This document shows, piece by piece, positions 27,694-38,120 of a stretch of 44,217 nucleotides of DNA. Positions within the stretch are counted from its first letter, which is position 1; each line of letters starts with the position of its first letter. This stretch comes from Microbacteriaceae bacterium BACL25 MAG-120322-bin65 (lineage in GTDB: Bacteria > Actinomycetota > Actinomycetes > Actinomycetales > Microbacteriaceae). The DNA lies in NCBI GenBank assembly GCA_001438965.1, contig LIAY01000001.1, positions 1 through 44,217 of the forward strand, read 5' to 3'. A program made the position numbers and the translations under genes. The notes beneath the pieces are model-generated. The model was not told the origin of the DNA, searched no databases, and worked only from the letters and a program-made list of their open reading frames with translations.

Positions 27694-28581
27694 ATGTATC
27701 GGGCTATTGGCGCGAATAAGCGGAACACCTGGGTCATCATGGCCTTTTTTCTGATCCTCATTGGCGCTTTGGGCTATGCCGCTGATCTCTACATCAGCGG
27801 AGGAACCGGAGTGGTGTTTTTCGCCGTTCTTATCGGTGCCACCGCCTATGTCGTCATCCAGTACTACGCATCGGGGTCCCAAGCCCTCTCTCTGGCCGGC
27901 GCCCAACAGATCCAGAAGGCCGATAACCCCAGGCTTTATCGCATTGTGGAAAATCTGGCCATCACCACCGGTATGCCCATGCCTAAGGTATATCTCGTCG
28001 ACGACCCGGCGCCCAATGCTTTTGCCACCGGACGAGACCCCGAGCACGCATCGGTCGCAGCCACCACCGGGTTGCTTGAAATTATGGACGATTCGGAACT
28101 CGAAGGTGTCATGGCGCACGAAATGGCCCACGTAAAAAACTTTGATATTCGCGTCACCACCATCGTCTTTGGCTTAGTTGTGGTGGTGGGCGTCGTTGCC
28201 GACATTTTGGCGCGGATGGCCTTTTTTGGTGGAATGCGACGCAATAACAATGGCGGAAACCCGCTCATCATTGTGGTGGGGATTTTGGCCATGATTTTGG
28301 CCCCCTTGCTGGCGGCTCTTATTCAGGCAGCGGTGTCCCGCCAGAGGGAGTATTTAGCTGATGCCACCGGTGCGCTGACTACGCGCCATCCGGAAGCCTT
28401 GGCTAGCGCGCTGGAAAAACTTGGCGAGTACGGCAGGCCCCTAAAAAAGCAGCAGGCATCGATGGCGCACCTGTGGATGGCCGACCCCATCAAGCCAGGG
28501 GCGATTGATCGCATGTTTCAAACCCACCCGCCTATCCAAGACCGGGTCGATCGGCTACGGGAAAACCAGGCTCGCTTTTAG
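27694..28581 (+). CDS. htpX: M48 family zinc metalloprotease HtpX
   Basis: PNAFATG, HEMAH zinc motif, SRQREYLADA, THPP. Confidence 0.93.
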   Translation: MYRAIGANKRNTWVIMAFFLILIGALGYAADLYISGGTGVVFFAVLIGATAYVVIQYYASGSQALSLAGAQQIQKADNPRLYRIVENLAITTGMPMPKVYLVDDPAPNAFATGRDPEHASVAATTGLLEIMDDSELEGVMAHEMAHVKNFDIRVTTIVFGLVVVVGVVADILARMAFFGGMRRNNNGGNPLIIVVGILAMILAPLLAALIQAAVSRQREYLADATGALTTRHPEALASALEKLGEYGRPLKKQQASMAHLWMADPIKPGAIDRMFQTHPPIQDRVDRLRENQARF

Positions 28582-28616
28582 GCCTGCTGCGAAGCGCAAC
28601 AACCTAGACTGTGTGA

Positions 28617-29744
28617 ATGTTGAGCCTTCGTAAATCCACCGCAAAAACTGGTTCCCGTGTTGTGCTCCCGGTTGGTGTCGAACGTGTAACCGAATGGTCC
28701 TGGCGTTTTTTGGTCATTGCTGCAGCTTTTGCGGTGGGGCTTTTCCTCGTCATTCAGCTCCACTTTTTGATTGTCCCCCTCCTTATTTCCGTGCTCCTGG
28801 CCGCGCTCGCGGCTCCCTTGTCTATCGCTTTGCGCGCCATACACTTCCCCCGGTGGCTTGCCACCTTGACCACCATGGTGGTGTTTCTCTCCGTGGTCAC
28901 TGGCCTGGTATGGCTGGTAGTCGGCGAGCTGGTGCGGGGTTGGGGGTCACTGCGTGATCGCACGATTATTGCCTATGACGACTTTGTTCTTTTTTTGCTC
29001 GATTCGCCCCTGGAGGTTTCTGAGGCGCAGCTCAACACCTGGTTTTCAGCGCTCGTGGTGGAATCGAATATTGATTCCTCGTGGGTGCTCAGCGGAGCGC
29101 TCTCCGTCACCTCGTCGGTCGGCTCCTGGCTCGTGGGCACAGGTATCGCCCTGTTCGCCTTGGTGTTTTTCATCCACGATGGTGCCCGTATTTGGGAATA
29201 CCTTGTCTCCTGGTTCCCGCGTTTAGCCAGGCCGGCCGTTTTAGGCTCAGGTCGTGCGGGATGGGAGACACTCTTGAGCTATGTCAAAGTCCAGATTTTT
29301 GTGGCCTTTATTGATGCCGTGGGTATTGGCTTAGGCGCATACTTCCTTGGCCTACCCCTGGTGGCGCCGATTGCTATTGCTGTTTTCCTCGGAGCTTTCG
29401 TTCCCATTGTGGGTGGGACGGTCGCTGCCGCTTTGGCGATATTGGTCGCCTTGGTATACGAGGGACCGGTGACGGCGCTGATTATGTTGATCATCGTCTT
29501 GGCCGTCCAACAACTAGAAGGTCAGGTTTTGCAACCACTGGTCATGGGCGCCGCTGTTCGCATCCACCCTCTTGCTGTGGTCTTAGCTGTGGCAGCGGGT
29601 GGCTATTTGGCGGGCGTCCCGGGCGTCCTCTTTGCCGTTCCTGTAGTGGCTTTTATTAACGTGGTGGTCAAATATTTGGCAGCGGGTGAGTGGCGCGGTG
29701 ACCCTGCTGCCGTACCCGGGACCGCGGTTGGAGCAGGTTCATGA
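28617..29744 (+). CDS. AI-2E (PerM) family transporter
   Basis: Multi-TM protein with FFIHDG, AFVPIVG, QQLEGQVLQPLVMG, HPLAV, FAVP. Confidence 0.9.
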   Translation: MLSLRKSTAKTGSRVVLPVGVERVTEWSWRFLVIAAAFAVGLFLVIQLHFLIVPLLISVLLAALAAPLSIALRAIHFPRWLATLTTMVVFLSVVTGLVWLVVGELVRGWGSLRDRTIIAYDDFVLFLLDSPLEVSEAQLNTWFSALVVESNIDSSWVLSGALSVTSSVGSWLVGTGIALFALVFFIHDGARIWEYLVSWFPRLARPAVLGSGRAGWETLLSYVKVQIFVAFIDAVGIGLGAYFLGLPLVAPIAIAVFLGAFVPIVGGTVAAALAILVALVYEGPVTALIMLIIVLAVQQLEGQVLQPLVMGAAVRIHPLAVVLAVAAGGYLAGVPGVLFAVPVVAFINVVVKYLAAGEWRGDPAAVPGTAVGAGS

Positions 29745-30997
29745 GAAAAAAAGCCAGCAAGAAAGATCTTGTGATTCCTGGACCTACTCTGGAAGATTTT
29801 GCGGATGCCAGGCGGGTACTCACCGGTGTGGCTCAAATAACGCCGATGGAGCTCTCTCGCTACTTAAGTGAAGAGCTTGGTCAGCCGGTCTATCTCAAGT
29901 GCGAAAACTTGCAGCGAACCGGTTCCTACAAAATCCGCGGCGCGTATTACCGAATGTCTAAGCTCACCGAAGAAGAAAAATCACTCGGTGTGGTTGCCGC
30001 TAGTGCCGGCAATCATGCTCAAGGTGTTGCCTTTGCCGCACAAGAGCAAGGTATCAAGGCCACCATCTTTACTCCCATTGGAGTTGCTCTGCCGAAGCTC
30101 CAGGCCACCCGTTCGTACGGGGCGGATGTGGTCCTCGGTGGGGACACCATACAGGAACCGTTTCGTGAAGCAAAACTTTTTGCCCAGCGCACCGGGGCCA
30201 TCCGGATTCCACCTTTTGACCACCCCGATGTGATCGCAGGCCAGGCCACTGTGGGGCTAGAGATTTTAGAACAGACCCCCGATGTTGCCACTGTGATTGT
30301 CCCCATCGGTGGCGGCGGTTTGATGGCTGGTGTTGCCAGCGCACTTAAGCAAACCGCTGCAGCGCAGGGACGCGAGATTCGGGTCATTGGCGTTCAAGCA
30401 GAAAACGCCGCTTCCTACCCGCCCTCCATGGCCGCTGGTCATCCCGTTGAAATTGAGTTGAGGTCGACCATTTCTGACGGTATTGCTGTGGGCAAGCCGG
30501 GTGAATTGAATTTCGAGATCATCCGCAACGCCGTTGATGAGATTGTCACCGTCAGCGACGATGAAACCGCATCCGCCATTTTGGTTCTTTTGGAGCGGGC
30601 AAAAATGGTGGTGGAGCCCTCAGGGGCCGCTGGGGTCGCAGCTATTCTGGCCGGCAAGATTAAGGCCACTGGCCCTACCGTCGTGATTCTCAGTGGGGGA
30701 AACATTGACCCGATGATTTTGGAGCGGGTCATTTCTCGCGGAATGGTGGCTGCAGGGCGCTATATGAAAATTCGGATTCCGCTACCGGATCGTCCCGGGC
30801 AGCTGGCTAGAACCTCGCAAATAGTGTCTGATCAAAACGCTAACGTGGTCGAGGTCTTGCACACAAGGCACGGCACTGGTTTGCAGATTAGCCAAGTCGA
30901 ACTAGAACTTCACATAGAAACTAGGGGACCTGAGCACGCTCAGGCGGTCTTAGAGGCGCTTCGCGCGGATGGTTATGAACCGCGAGTGGACTTTTAG
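29741..30997 (+). CDS. ilvA: Threonine ammonia-lyase with C-terminal ACT domain
   Basis: KCENLQRTGSYKIRGA, ASAGNHAQG, PIGGGGL, EPSGA, SGGNID, DRPGQL. Confidence 0.93.
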   Translation: MRKKASKKDLVIPGPTLEDFADARRVLTGVAQITPMELSRYLSEELGQPVYLKCENLQRTGSYKIRGAYYRMSKLTEEEKSLGVVAASAGNHAQGVAFAAQEQGIKATIFTPIGVALPKLQATRSYGADVVLGGDTIQEPFREAKLFAQRTGAIRIPPFDHPDVIAGQATVGLEILEQTPDVATVIVPIGGGGLMAGVASALKQTAAAQGREIRVIGVQAENAASYPPSMAAGHPVEIELRSTISDGIAVGKPGELNFEIIRNAVDEIVTVSDDETASAILVLLERAKMVVEPSGAAGVAAILAGKIKATGPTVVILSGGNIDPMILERVISRGMVAAGRYMKIRIPLPDRPGQLARTSQIVSDQNANVVEVLHTRHGTGLQISQVELELHIETRGPEHAQAVLEALRADGYEPRVDF

Positions 30998-31488
30998 GGA
31001 ATAAACGTTTCGACGCCAAGAATTTCTACGGCGATTTCGGCCCCGTTGGGCGCGGTGTAGGTTCCGCTCTCGCCCACTTTGAGGCCGATGATGGCCTGTC
31101 CCAGGGGGCTTTGCTCGGAGTACACGTCCAAGTCGGTGTCTCCACCGAGCTCTCGTGAGCCTAATAAAAACTTTTCTTGATCGCCGTGAATATGAGCGGT
31201 GACCACGGTGCCGGGCTCCACCACACCCGAGCTTGCGGGAATCTCGCCCACTACCGCGTGCTTCAGCATGGTCGTGAGGGTGCGAATCCGGTTTTCCATT
31301 TTCGCTTGCTCTTCTTTGGCAGCGTGGTAGCCACCGTTTTCTTTGAGGTCGCCCTCTTCGCGGGCAATTTCGATTCGGTGAGAGATTTCTTTGCGACCCG
31401 CGGTAGTCAGCTCTTTGAGTTCCAACGCCAAGCGGTCATACGCTTCTTGGGTCAGCCATACCGTGTCCTGCTCGCTAGATGCGGCCAT
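30994..31488 (-). CDS. greA: Transcription elongation factor GreA
   Basis: WLTQEAYDRL, AREEGDLKENGGYHAAKEEQ, SEQSPLG. Confidence 0.97.
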   Translation of the reverse strand: MAASSEQDTVWLTQEAYDRLALELKELTTAGRKEISHRIEIAREEGDLKENGGYHAAKEEQAKMENRIRTLTTMLKHAVVGEIPASSGVVEPGTVVTAHIHGDQEKFLLGSRELGGDTDLDVYSEQSPLGQAIIGLKVGESGTYTAPNGAEIAVEILGVETFIP

Positions 31489-31511
31489 GGTGAAATCTCC
31501 CTCATACGCAC

Positions 31512-31540
31512 AAAACCGGCCACCCTAGAGGGCCGGTTTA
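31512..31540 (-). terminator. Intrinsic terminator-like hairpin between the DUF4307 gene and greA
   Basis: AAACCGGCC (31513-31521) / GGCCGGTTT (31531-31539). On the minus strand the GC stem is followed by TTTTG. Confidence 0.6.
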
Positions 31541-31552
31541 CTTGAGGAAAGT

Positions 31553-31987
31553 TTAGGGCAACCAACACTGGTAGAGCAAGCCGGTTACCGCGCTTTCACT
31601 GGTGTTGAGCGTTGTTTGGAACACTCTGGTCCACTCACTAGAAGGGTCAATTTCCACCACCTGCCACCCGACGATTCCAAAGCTTGAGTTGAGGGCTTGG
31701 AGCGCACAGCTCACCCTTGTTCCTGGGGCTGTGGTGATTTCATATTGGGTCTCAACGCTGGTGTCACTGATGATGGTGTGGCCGATATCTCGGTACTGCA
31801 ATTGTGCGGGAGTTTCTAGCACCCCACCCCACCACAGCCAGGCTCCCAGGACTGCGGCAAAGACTAGCCCCGCGAGGACACCCATGCTCCGTCGTGAAAG
31901 CTGTGAGCGCTTGGTGCGACCATAGCGGGTCGCCAACCGGGTGTCATTGTCTGAGACTGGGGGTTGGGCTATCGGGCTTTGCGGCAT
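31553..31987 (-). CDS. DUF4307 domain membrane protein
   Basis: LATRYGR, one TM, CALQALNSSFGIVGW, C-terminal CWLP. Typical neighbour of greA. Confidence 0.8.
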   Translation of the reverse strand: MPQSPIAQPPVSDNDTRLATRYGRTKRSQLSRRSMGVLAGLVFAAVLGAWLWWGGVLETPAQLQYRDIGHTIISDTSVETQYEITTAPGTRVSCALQALNSSFGIVGWQVVEIDPSSEWTRVFQTTLNTSESAVTGLLYQCWLP

Positions 31988-32059
31988 TGTCACGGCTTCT
32001 CTCGCTACGCTGGGACAAGCGTATCTATTTGGAGTGTGAACAAAGCGAGAGGTTCCATA

Positions 32060-32299
32060 GTGGGTCTGGTAATTCAAGGGTGGTTGAGTGTTGTTCCCCT
32101 CGAAGGCGACCCTTTGATCCCCGCCATTGAGGTGGATCCCAACTCCGTCACTCCCGGGGTTCTAGGTTTTGTGTTCACCTTTGCTCTGGCCGTAGCAGTG
32201 ATATTGCTCATCATCGATATGGTTCGCCGGGTTCGCCGGGTTCGCTACCGAAGTGAAATCAACGAAAAGTTAGACAACGAAGCTAAACCAGGAAGCTAA
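32060..32299 (+). CDS. Small conserved actinobacterial membrane protein
   Basis: DPNSVTPGVLGF-TM-DMVRRVRRVRYR. GAGAGG SD lies 7 nt before GTG 32060. Confidence 0.75.
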   Translation: MGLVIQGWLSVVPLEGDPLIPAIEVDPNSVTPGVLGFVFTFALAVAVILLIIDMVRRVRRVRYRSEINEKLDNEAKPGS

Positions 32300-32316
32300 A
32301 CCAGGAAGCTAAACCA
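32279..32316. repeat. 13-bp tandem repeat GAAGCTAAACCAG, about 2.9 copies
   Basis: Copies at 32279-32291, 32292-32304 and 32305-32316 (last one incomplete). Confidence 0.95.
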
Positions 32317-33025
32317 CTGTCGGTGGGTTAACAGCGATCAGCAACACCGCGCTCCAGTGGCACAGGTAGGCCACCACGGTGAGCGCGTGGAATATCTCGT
32401 GGAAGCCAAAAGTTTTCGGTGCCGGGTTAGGCCATTTTGTGCCATAGACAATGGCACCCAAGGAATAGGCAAGCCCACCGGCGATGACGAGGATCATCAT
32501 CGCCAGGTTTGCCACAAAGAGGTCCCCCATGTACATCACGGCGGCCCAACCAAGTGCTAAATACAACAGTACGTAGAGCCAGCGGGGCGCTCCCACCCAG
32601 AGCACCCTAAATCCGATGCCCACCAGAGTCCCTGCCCAAATGACCACCAGGAGGCGCAGTGCTTTGTCAGCGGGCAGAGCTAACACCGCGATCGGCGTAT
32701 AGGTGCCGGCGATGAGTAAAAAGATATTGGCATGATCGAGTCGTTTGAGGGTTTTCTTCGTCGCGGTACTCCAGTTGAAGCGGTGATACGTGCCGGAGAC
32801 GCCAAACATCAACACTGAGGTGGTGGCAAATACGGCACTAGAGAGAGTTGCTGGTGTGCCCTTGGCGAGAACAACAAGGACAACGCCCGCCACTATCGCC
32901 AGAGGCAACATCACCAAGTGAATCCAGCCGCGCCAGGATGGCTTGGGCTCCTCACGGTGGTGCTCAAGCGTTGCCTCTAATAGAGGCAGGTGCAGCGCAC
33001 CGCTGGAGGTAGGCAATTTCGTCAT
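32309..33025 (-). CDS. Hemolysin III family / PAQR membrane protein (TrhA)
   Basis: KPSWRGWIH, SGTYH, RLDHANIFLLIAGTYTP, FGFHEIFH. Confidence 0.92.
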   Translation of the reverse strand: MTKLPTSSGALHLPLLEATLEHHREEPKPSWRGWIHLVMLPLAIVAGVVLVVLAKGTPATLSSAVFATTSVLMFGVSGTYHRFNWSTATKKTLKRLDHANIFLLIAGTYTPIAVLALPADKALRLLVVIWAGTLVGIGFRVLWVGAPRWLYVLLYLALGWAAVMYMGDLFVANLAMMILVIAGGLAYSLGAIVYGTKWPNPAPKTFGFHEIFHALTVVAYLCHWSAVLLIAVNPPTVV

Positions 33026-33111
33026 AGCTTCAGCCTAGGGTTGCGACCAGCTAATGTGCCCTCTCGTTGTAGGAAACCTCCTATGCCTCCAAGTAGGACT
33101 AACGTAGTTTT

Positions 33112-33897
33112 GTGCGATGGATCAAATGGCTCTTAGGCGAAGGGCTTCTCTACCGTCTTTACCGCCGAAGGATCGTTAAAGAGCTTGCGACTTTGGCTAG
33201 GCCAAGCCATGTGGCGATGATTCTTGATGGCAACCGACGCTGGGCCAAAGCTCGCGCATTGGAATCTAGCGCCCATGGCCATCGAGCCGGGGCAGACAAG
33301 ATTCACGAGTTTCTCACCTGGAGCGAAGAACAAGGCGTACCGCGAGTTACGCTCTATTTGCTCTCCACCGATAATCTCACCGGCCGAGAATCGAGAGAGC
33401 TTGATGATTTGGCGGGGATCATTGAGGGTTTAGCAGATCAGCTTTCACGTTTCTCCAACTGGCGAGTAAAACACGTAGGCCAAGCCGATGCGTTACCCGC
33501 TCACCTGCGTGACACCCTCAAGGGTGCTGAAGAGCGAAGTTCACGAAACTCCGGTTTGCACATCAATTTGGCGGTGGGCTACGGCGGTAGAGCTGAAATT
33601 ACCGGTGCGGTGCGTCGACTGGTCCAAGAACACCATGCTGGCGGCCACACGTTAGAAGATTTGCCGGAGAGCATCAGCGTTCAGGCGATCGCTGATCACC
33701 TTGATACGGTCGGACAGCCTGATCCTGACCTGGTGATTAGAACCTCAGGCGAGCAGCGACTGAGTGATTTCATGCTCTGGCAGAGCGCCCACAGCGAGTT
33801 CTATTTTGTTGAAGCGCTCGGCCCTGATCTTCGCGAGATTGATTTTTTGCGGGCACTTCGTGATTTTGGCACGAGGCAAAGGCGCTACGGGCAATAA
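33112..33897 (+). CDS. cis-Isoprenyl transferase (UppS family, short-chain Z-isoprenyl diphosphate synthase type)
   Basis: HVAMILDGNRRWA, YLLSTDN, VGYGGRAEI, PDLVIRTSGEQRLSDFMLWQ, RRYG. Confidence 0.92.
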   Translation: MRWIKWLLGEGLLYRLYRRRIVKELATLARPSHVAMILDGNRRWAKARALESSAHGHRAGADKIHEFLTWSEEQGVPRVTLYLLSTDNLTGRESRELDDLAGIIEGLADQLSRFSNWRVKHVGQADALPAHLRDTLKGAEERSSRNSGLHINLAVGYGGRAEITGAVRRLVQEHHAGGHTLEDLPESISVQAIADHLDTVGQPDPDLVIRTSGEQRLSDFMLWQSAHSEFYFVEALGPDLREIDFLRALRDFGTRQRRYGQ

Positions 33898-34013
33898 GGT
33901 CACCATCGAATTCACCTCGATGTAACGTGCGTGGGCGTGTCATTCACCGGTGAGGGTAATGCCCTGACGTAGTTTCATGACTACCCCCTTCTTTCCTGCA
34001 TTAAGGAGATTTT

Positions 34014-35363
34014 GTGGAAAAATCCGCTTCCACCGCTACTTCCCGTTCGAGCTCTCGCAGGAAGGAAACGAAGGAGCGGACGTATGTTCTCGACACGTCA
34101 GTGTTGCTCAGCGATCCCCGCGCACTCTTTCGTTTCGCCGAGCACCATGTGGTGCTCCCAGTGGTGGTGATCTCCGAGCTAGAAAAGAAGCGGCACGACC
34201 CGGAGATTGGTTTTTTTGCCAGGCAGGCACTTCGCCATTTGGATGATTTGCGCTCCGAGCACGAGCGTTTAGATTTCCCCATCGCTGTGGGGGAGGGTGG
34301 CACTCTAAGGGTTGAGCTCAACCACTCCAATCAGGCCATCTTGCCCAGTGGCCTTCAGCTAGGCGATAACGATGCACGCATCCTCGCTGTTGCACTAAAT
34401 CTTGCCAACGATGGTTTAGCTGTCACCGTGGTGTCAAAAGATTTACCCATGCGTGTTAAGGCAGCATCCATTGGATTAGCCGCTGAGGAATATCGGGCCG
34501 AACTCGCTCCCGAGTCTGGCTGGACAGGCATGGCCGAGATTGCGATGAGCGCACAGGACATGGCGACCCTCTATGACGCCGAGGTGATCAGTTCTGATGC
34601 TGTTGCCGACATGCCCGTGAACACTTCACTAGTGATTAGCTCCGAGCGTGGTTCCGCTCTTGGCCGCGTGAGCGCGCCAGGGAAAATTGCGGTGGTGCGT
34701 GGTGATCGCGAGCTGTTTGGTTTGAATGGGAGATCAGCTGAGCAGCGCCTCGCGATAGATCTCCTGCTCGATCCCACCATCGGCATCATTTCCCTCGGTG
34801 GTCGTGCCGGTACGGGTAAATCTGCTCTAGCGCTATGTGCCGGTCTTGAGGCGGTACTGGAAAAACAGCAGCACCGCAAAATTATGGTGTTTCGCCCTCT
34901 GTACGCCGTCGGTGGGCAAGACCTGGGCTATCTACCCGGTGACGCCAAGGAGAAAATGAATCCTTGGGCTGAAGCAACATTTGACACCCTGTCCTCTGTG
35001 GTGTCCCACCACGTGGTGGAAGAGGTTATGGACCGGGGGCTTCTCGAGGTTCTGCCGCTTACCCACATTCGTGGCCGTTCGCTCCACGATGCGTTTGTGA
35101 TCGTCGATGAAGCACAATCGCTTGAGCGCAACGTGTTGTTGACGATGCTTTCTCGTATTGGCCAAAACTCCCGGGTTGTGCTCACCCACGATATTGCCCA
35201 GAGGGACAATCTCCGCGTGGGTCGACACGATGGTGTGTTCAGCGTGATTGAGGCCCTCAAAGGACAGCCCCTTTTCGGGCATATCACGCTCATGCGCTCC
35301 GAGCGCAGTGCGATTGCCGCCCTGGTTACCGACTTATTAGAAGAGGGTTACCCGGCTGCTTAG
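34014..35363 (+). CDS. phoH2: PIN-PhoH protein (PhoH2)
   Basis: PIN domain ([25 protein letters not shown]) fused to a PhoH ATPase ([22 protein letters not shown]). AAGGAG SD. Confidence 0.9.
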   Translation: MEKSASTATSRSSSRRKETKERTYVLDTSVLLSDPRALFRFAEHHVVLPVVVISELEKKRHDPEIGFFARQALRHLDDLRSEHERLDFPIAVGEGGTLRVELNHSNQAILPSGLQLGDNDARILAVALNLANDGLAVTVVSKDLPMRVKAASIGLAAEEYRAELAPESGWTGMAEIAMSAQDMATLYDAEVISSDAVADMPVNTSLVISSERGSALGRVSAPGKIAVVRGDRELFGLNGRSAEQRLAIDLLLDPTIGIISLGGRAGTGKSALALCAGLEAVLEKQQHRKIMVFRPLYAVGGQDLGYLPGDAKEKMNPWAEATFDTLSSVVSHHVVEEVMDRGLLEVLPLTHIRGRSLHDAFVIVDEAQSLERNVLLTMLSRIGQNSRVVLTHDIAQRDNLRVGRHDGVFSVIEALKGQPLFGHITLMRSERSAIAALVTDLLEEGYPAA

Positions 35364-35384
35364 TGGGGGATATCAAATAGTTGA

Positions 35385-36785
35385 TTACAGCCCTGGGGAT
35401 GTCATTTTGAGAACATCCAGAGCGGCATCAAGTGCTTCGAGGGTAATTTCCCCGCGTTCGACAAACCCCAGTTCGATCACCGATTCACGCACAGTTTTCT
35501 GGTGCTCGACGGCGTGCTTAGCGACCTTGGCGGCTGATTCATAACCAATCACGCGATTGAGTGGAGTCACAATGGCGGGGGATGATTCTGCCAGTGCGCG
35601 GGCACGGTCTTCCCGGGCTTCGAGGCCAACGATGGTCTTATCGGCTAAGAGCCTGGTGGAGTTAGCTAAGAGTCGAATAGATTCCAGCAAGGAAGTTCCC
35701 ATCACAGGGATAGCGACATTGAGCTCAAAGTTTCCTGATGCCCCACCCCAGGCAATGGTCTGATCATTACCGATCACGCGAGCACAGACCATGAGGACAG
35801 CTTCGGGGATTACCGGGTTCACCTTGCCCGGCATGATGGAACTGCCTGGCTGCAAATCGGGGATGTGGATTTCGGCAAGGCCCGCATTGGGTCCTGAACC
35901 CATCCAGCGGATGTCGTTGCAAATCTTTGTCAGCGACACCGCAAGGATGCGAAGCGCCCCAGAGGCTTCCACCAGTCCGTCTCTGGCCCCTTGGGCCTCA
36001 AAGTGATCCAGCGCCTCCGTGATGGGCAATCCGGTGGCGGCGGCCAACTCGGCGATGACTTTTTTTGAGAAACCAGGGGGAGTGTTGATTCCGGTGCCGG
36101 TTGCCGTCCCACCAAGTGGAACTTCAGCCACGCGAACAATGGTCGCGTTGACGCGCTCAATACCGAGTCGGATTTGACGGGCGAAACCAGAAAATTCTTG
36201 GCCCAGGGTCACCGGGGTGGCATCCATCAGGTGGGTGCGACCAGCTTTCACAACCTGGCTCCAGGCGGCTGCTTTGTCCTCAAGCGCACGCGCTAAGTGA
36301 TCAAGGGCGGGCATCAAAGAGTTAAGCAAGGCCTCAGTAACAGCCAGATGCACAGAGGTGGGGAAGACGTCATTGGAAGACTGTGAAGCATTCACATGGT
36401 CATTGGGGTGAACATCAGTGCCACCTGCGGTGGTGGCCAAGGTGGCGAGCACCTCGTTCATGTTCATATTCGATGAGGTACCAGAACCTGTTTGATACGT
36501 ATCTACAGGGAAATGGTCATGGTGCTCACCCGCAATAATCTGATCCGCTGCGGCCACAATGGAAGCGGCGATAGGGGCATCGACAATGCCAAGTTCTTGG
36601 TTGACCAAGGCTGCGGCGCGTTTGACGTGAGCGAGGGCAACAATCTGGGCAGGTTCGAGACCGCGGCCAGAAATGGGAAAGTTTTCGATGGCACGTTGGG
36701 TTTGTGCACGATAGAGGGCATTGATGGGGACACGAACTTCACCCATAGTGTCGTGTTCGATTCGGTAGTCGTTCTCAGCGTTCAT
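35385..36785 (-). CDS. fumC: Class II fumarate hydratase
   Basis: [59 protein letters not shown] fits ATG 36785. Confidence 0.96.
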   Translation of the reverse strand: MNAENDYRIEHDTMGEVRVPINALYRAQTQRAIENFPISGRGLEPAQIVALAHVKRAAALVNQELGIVDAPIAASIVAAADQIIAGEHHDHFPVDTYQTGSGTSSNMNMNEVLATLATTAGGTDVHPNDHVNASQSSNDVFPTSVHLAVTEALLNSLMPALDHLARALEDKAAAWSQVVKAGRTHLMDATPVTLGQEFSGFARQIRLGIERVNATIVRVAEVPLGGTATGTGINTPPGFSKKVIAELAAATGLPITEALDHFEAQGARDGLVEASGALRILAVSLTKICNDIRWMGSGPNAGLAEIHIPDLQPGSSIMPGKVNPVIPEAVLMVCARVIGNDQTIAWGGASGNFELNVAIPVMGTSLLESIRLLANSTRLLADKTIVGLEAREDRARALAESSPAIVTPLNRVIGYESAAKVAKHAVEHQKTVRESVIELGFVERGEITLEALDAALDVLKMTSPGL

Positions 36786-36795
36786 GCCCATTTCC

Positions 36796-37470
36796 TCAAT
36801 TTTGAGAGTTAACCGACGCCAAGGGGTCCTCAGCAATCGAGCCGATGATGACATCGGGGGTTACGCGACCTTCGGCCAGCGTGTAGTTCGCCCCGACAAT
36901 GGCCAGTTTACCCTCGGCCACCGCCAGGCTAATAAGTTCGCTTGAGGCCAACAAACCAGAGACGGTGTCGCGCAAGTGTTCCCGACCGATCACACTGGAG
37001 TCGAGTTCTTCGCCCCGCTTTTTTCCCCCAGCCAAGCGCACGCGGGTGACCGCGGGCTCAATCGATTCAATAATCGAGTAAATATGCGGTGGCAAGGGTG
37101 GGGCATCCTCGCGGTCTTGATCAATAGCCACACCCACCGCTCCACAGTCATCGTGGGAGAGCACCACAATCAGGGGAACTCCTAAAGTGTTCACGGCGTA
37201 TTCGAGCGAGCCAACGACTGAGGACGACATGACCTGGCCAGCATTTCGCACCACGAAGAGGTCCCCAAGACCACAATCAAAAATGATCTCAGCGGAGAGC
37301 CTCGAATCAGCACACCCAAAGAGTGCCGCTTGAGGGAACTGTGCGATGGCAGTTTCTGCTCGTCGCTCCACATCTTGGCGAGGGTGCTCGGGTGCACCAT
37401 GGATGAAGTGGTCGTTACCCATTTTCATGCGAGCCCACGCACTCGCCGGCGTCATAGCAATATCATTCAT
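36796..37470 (-). CDS. Beta-class carbonic anhydrase
   Basis: [29 protein letters not shown] zinc ligands. Confidence 0.93.
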   Translation of the reverse strand: MNDIAMTPASAWARMKMGNDHFIHGAPEHPRQDVERRAETAIAQFPQAALFGCADSRLSAEIIFDCGLGDLFVVRNAGQVMSSSVVGSLEYAVNTLGVPLIVVLSHDDCGAVGVAIDQDREDAPPLPPHIYSIIESIEPAVTRVRLAGGKKRGEELDSSVIGREHLRDTVSGLLASSELISLAVAEGKLAIVGANYTLAEGRVTPDVIIGSIAEDPLASVNSQN

Positions 37471-38117
37471 GATCGACCCCTCGAGAGTTGGTAGGACACT
37501 TCATCGGCCACTTCGCTAACGGCCCGCTTAGAGGTGCCGCCGATGATGATGGTCGATGATGAGTCCTCATAGACGATGACATAAGCATTGTTTGCCCCAG
37601 GGTCAGCTTCACTGCGATCGTATTCCTCCCAGCTCAGGGTGGAATCTGCCCCATAGCCAAAGGTGACCTCCCCAGTAGAGGCCGAGCGCTCAGTACGAAG
37701 CGACACCCAGGAGGCATCGGCTTCAAAACCCTGATCGATGAACACGTAGCTGGATTCCGGGCCAAGAAGGCCAATCGACCAAGTGATTTCCGCCCCGGGT
37801 TCGCGGCTAATTTCAGCGCGATTGGCACTCCATAATTCAGAGAGCTGCGGGGTGATGGGTTCACTGGGGACTTCGCTAGAAATCTCTTTCGCCACCGCTT
37901 GATAGTCAACGCTCTCAATCAGGTTTGCATCCGGTCTGACCACGACGATGATCAGTAACGCAACAATGCCCAAAGAACTCAACAGTGACCACACCAGGTT
38001 TCTGGTGGTCTGGCGGGCACGACGCTCAGCACGGGCTTTAGTGACTCGCTCGTTTTTCTCAGCGGGGGTTTCGGGGCGCCCTAGCCCGGCAACCTCACGC
38101 GGTTCTGTGCCGGCCAC
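37467..38117 (-). CDS. DUF4245-like membrane-anchored protein
   Basis: LGRPETPAE, RNLVWSL followed by a TM, WSANRA. Usual position downstream of xseB. Confidence 0.75.
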   Translation of the reverse strand: MAGTEPREVAGLGRPETPAEKNERVTKARAERRARQTTRNLVWSLLSSLGIVALLIIVVVRPDANLIESVDYQAVAKEISSEVPSEPITPQLSELWSANRAEISREPGAEITWSIGLLGPESSYVFIDQGFEADASWVSLRTERSASTGEVTFGYGADSTLSWEEYDRSEADPGANNAYVIVYEDSSSTIIIGGTSKRAVSEVADEVSYQLSRGRS

Positions 38118-38120
38118 CGG

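Noticed and set aside
32279-32316. Tandem repeat considered as a CRISPR remnant
   Set aside because: Units are 13 bp, directly adjacent with no spacers, and no cas genes are present.
33977-34246. 89-aa ORF overlapping the phoH2 start, considered as a possible antitoxin
   Set aside because: Mostly an out-of-frame overlap with the PIN domain, with no SD and no antitoxin-like features.
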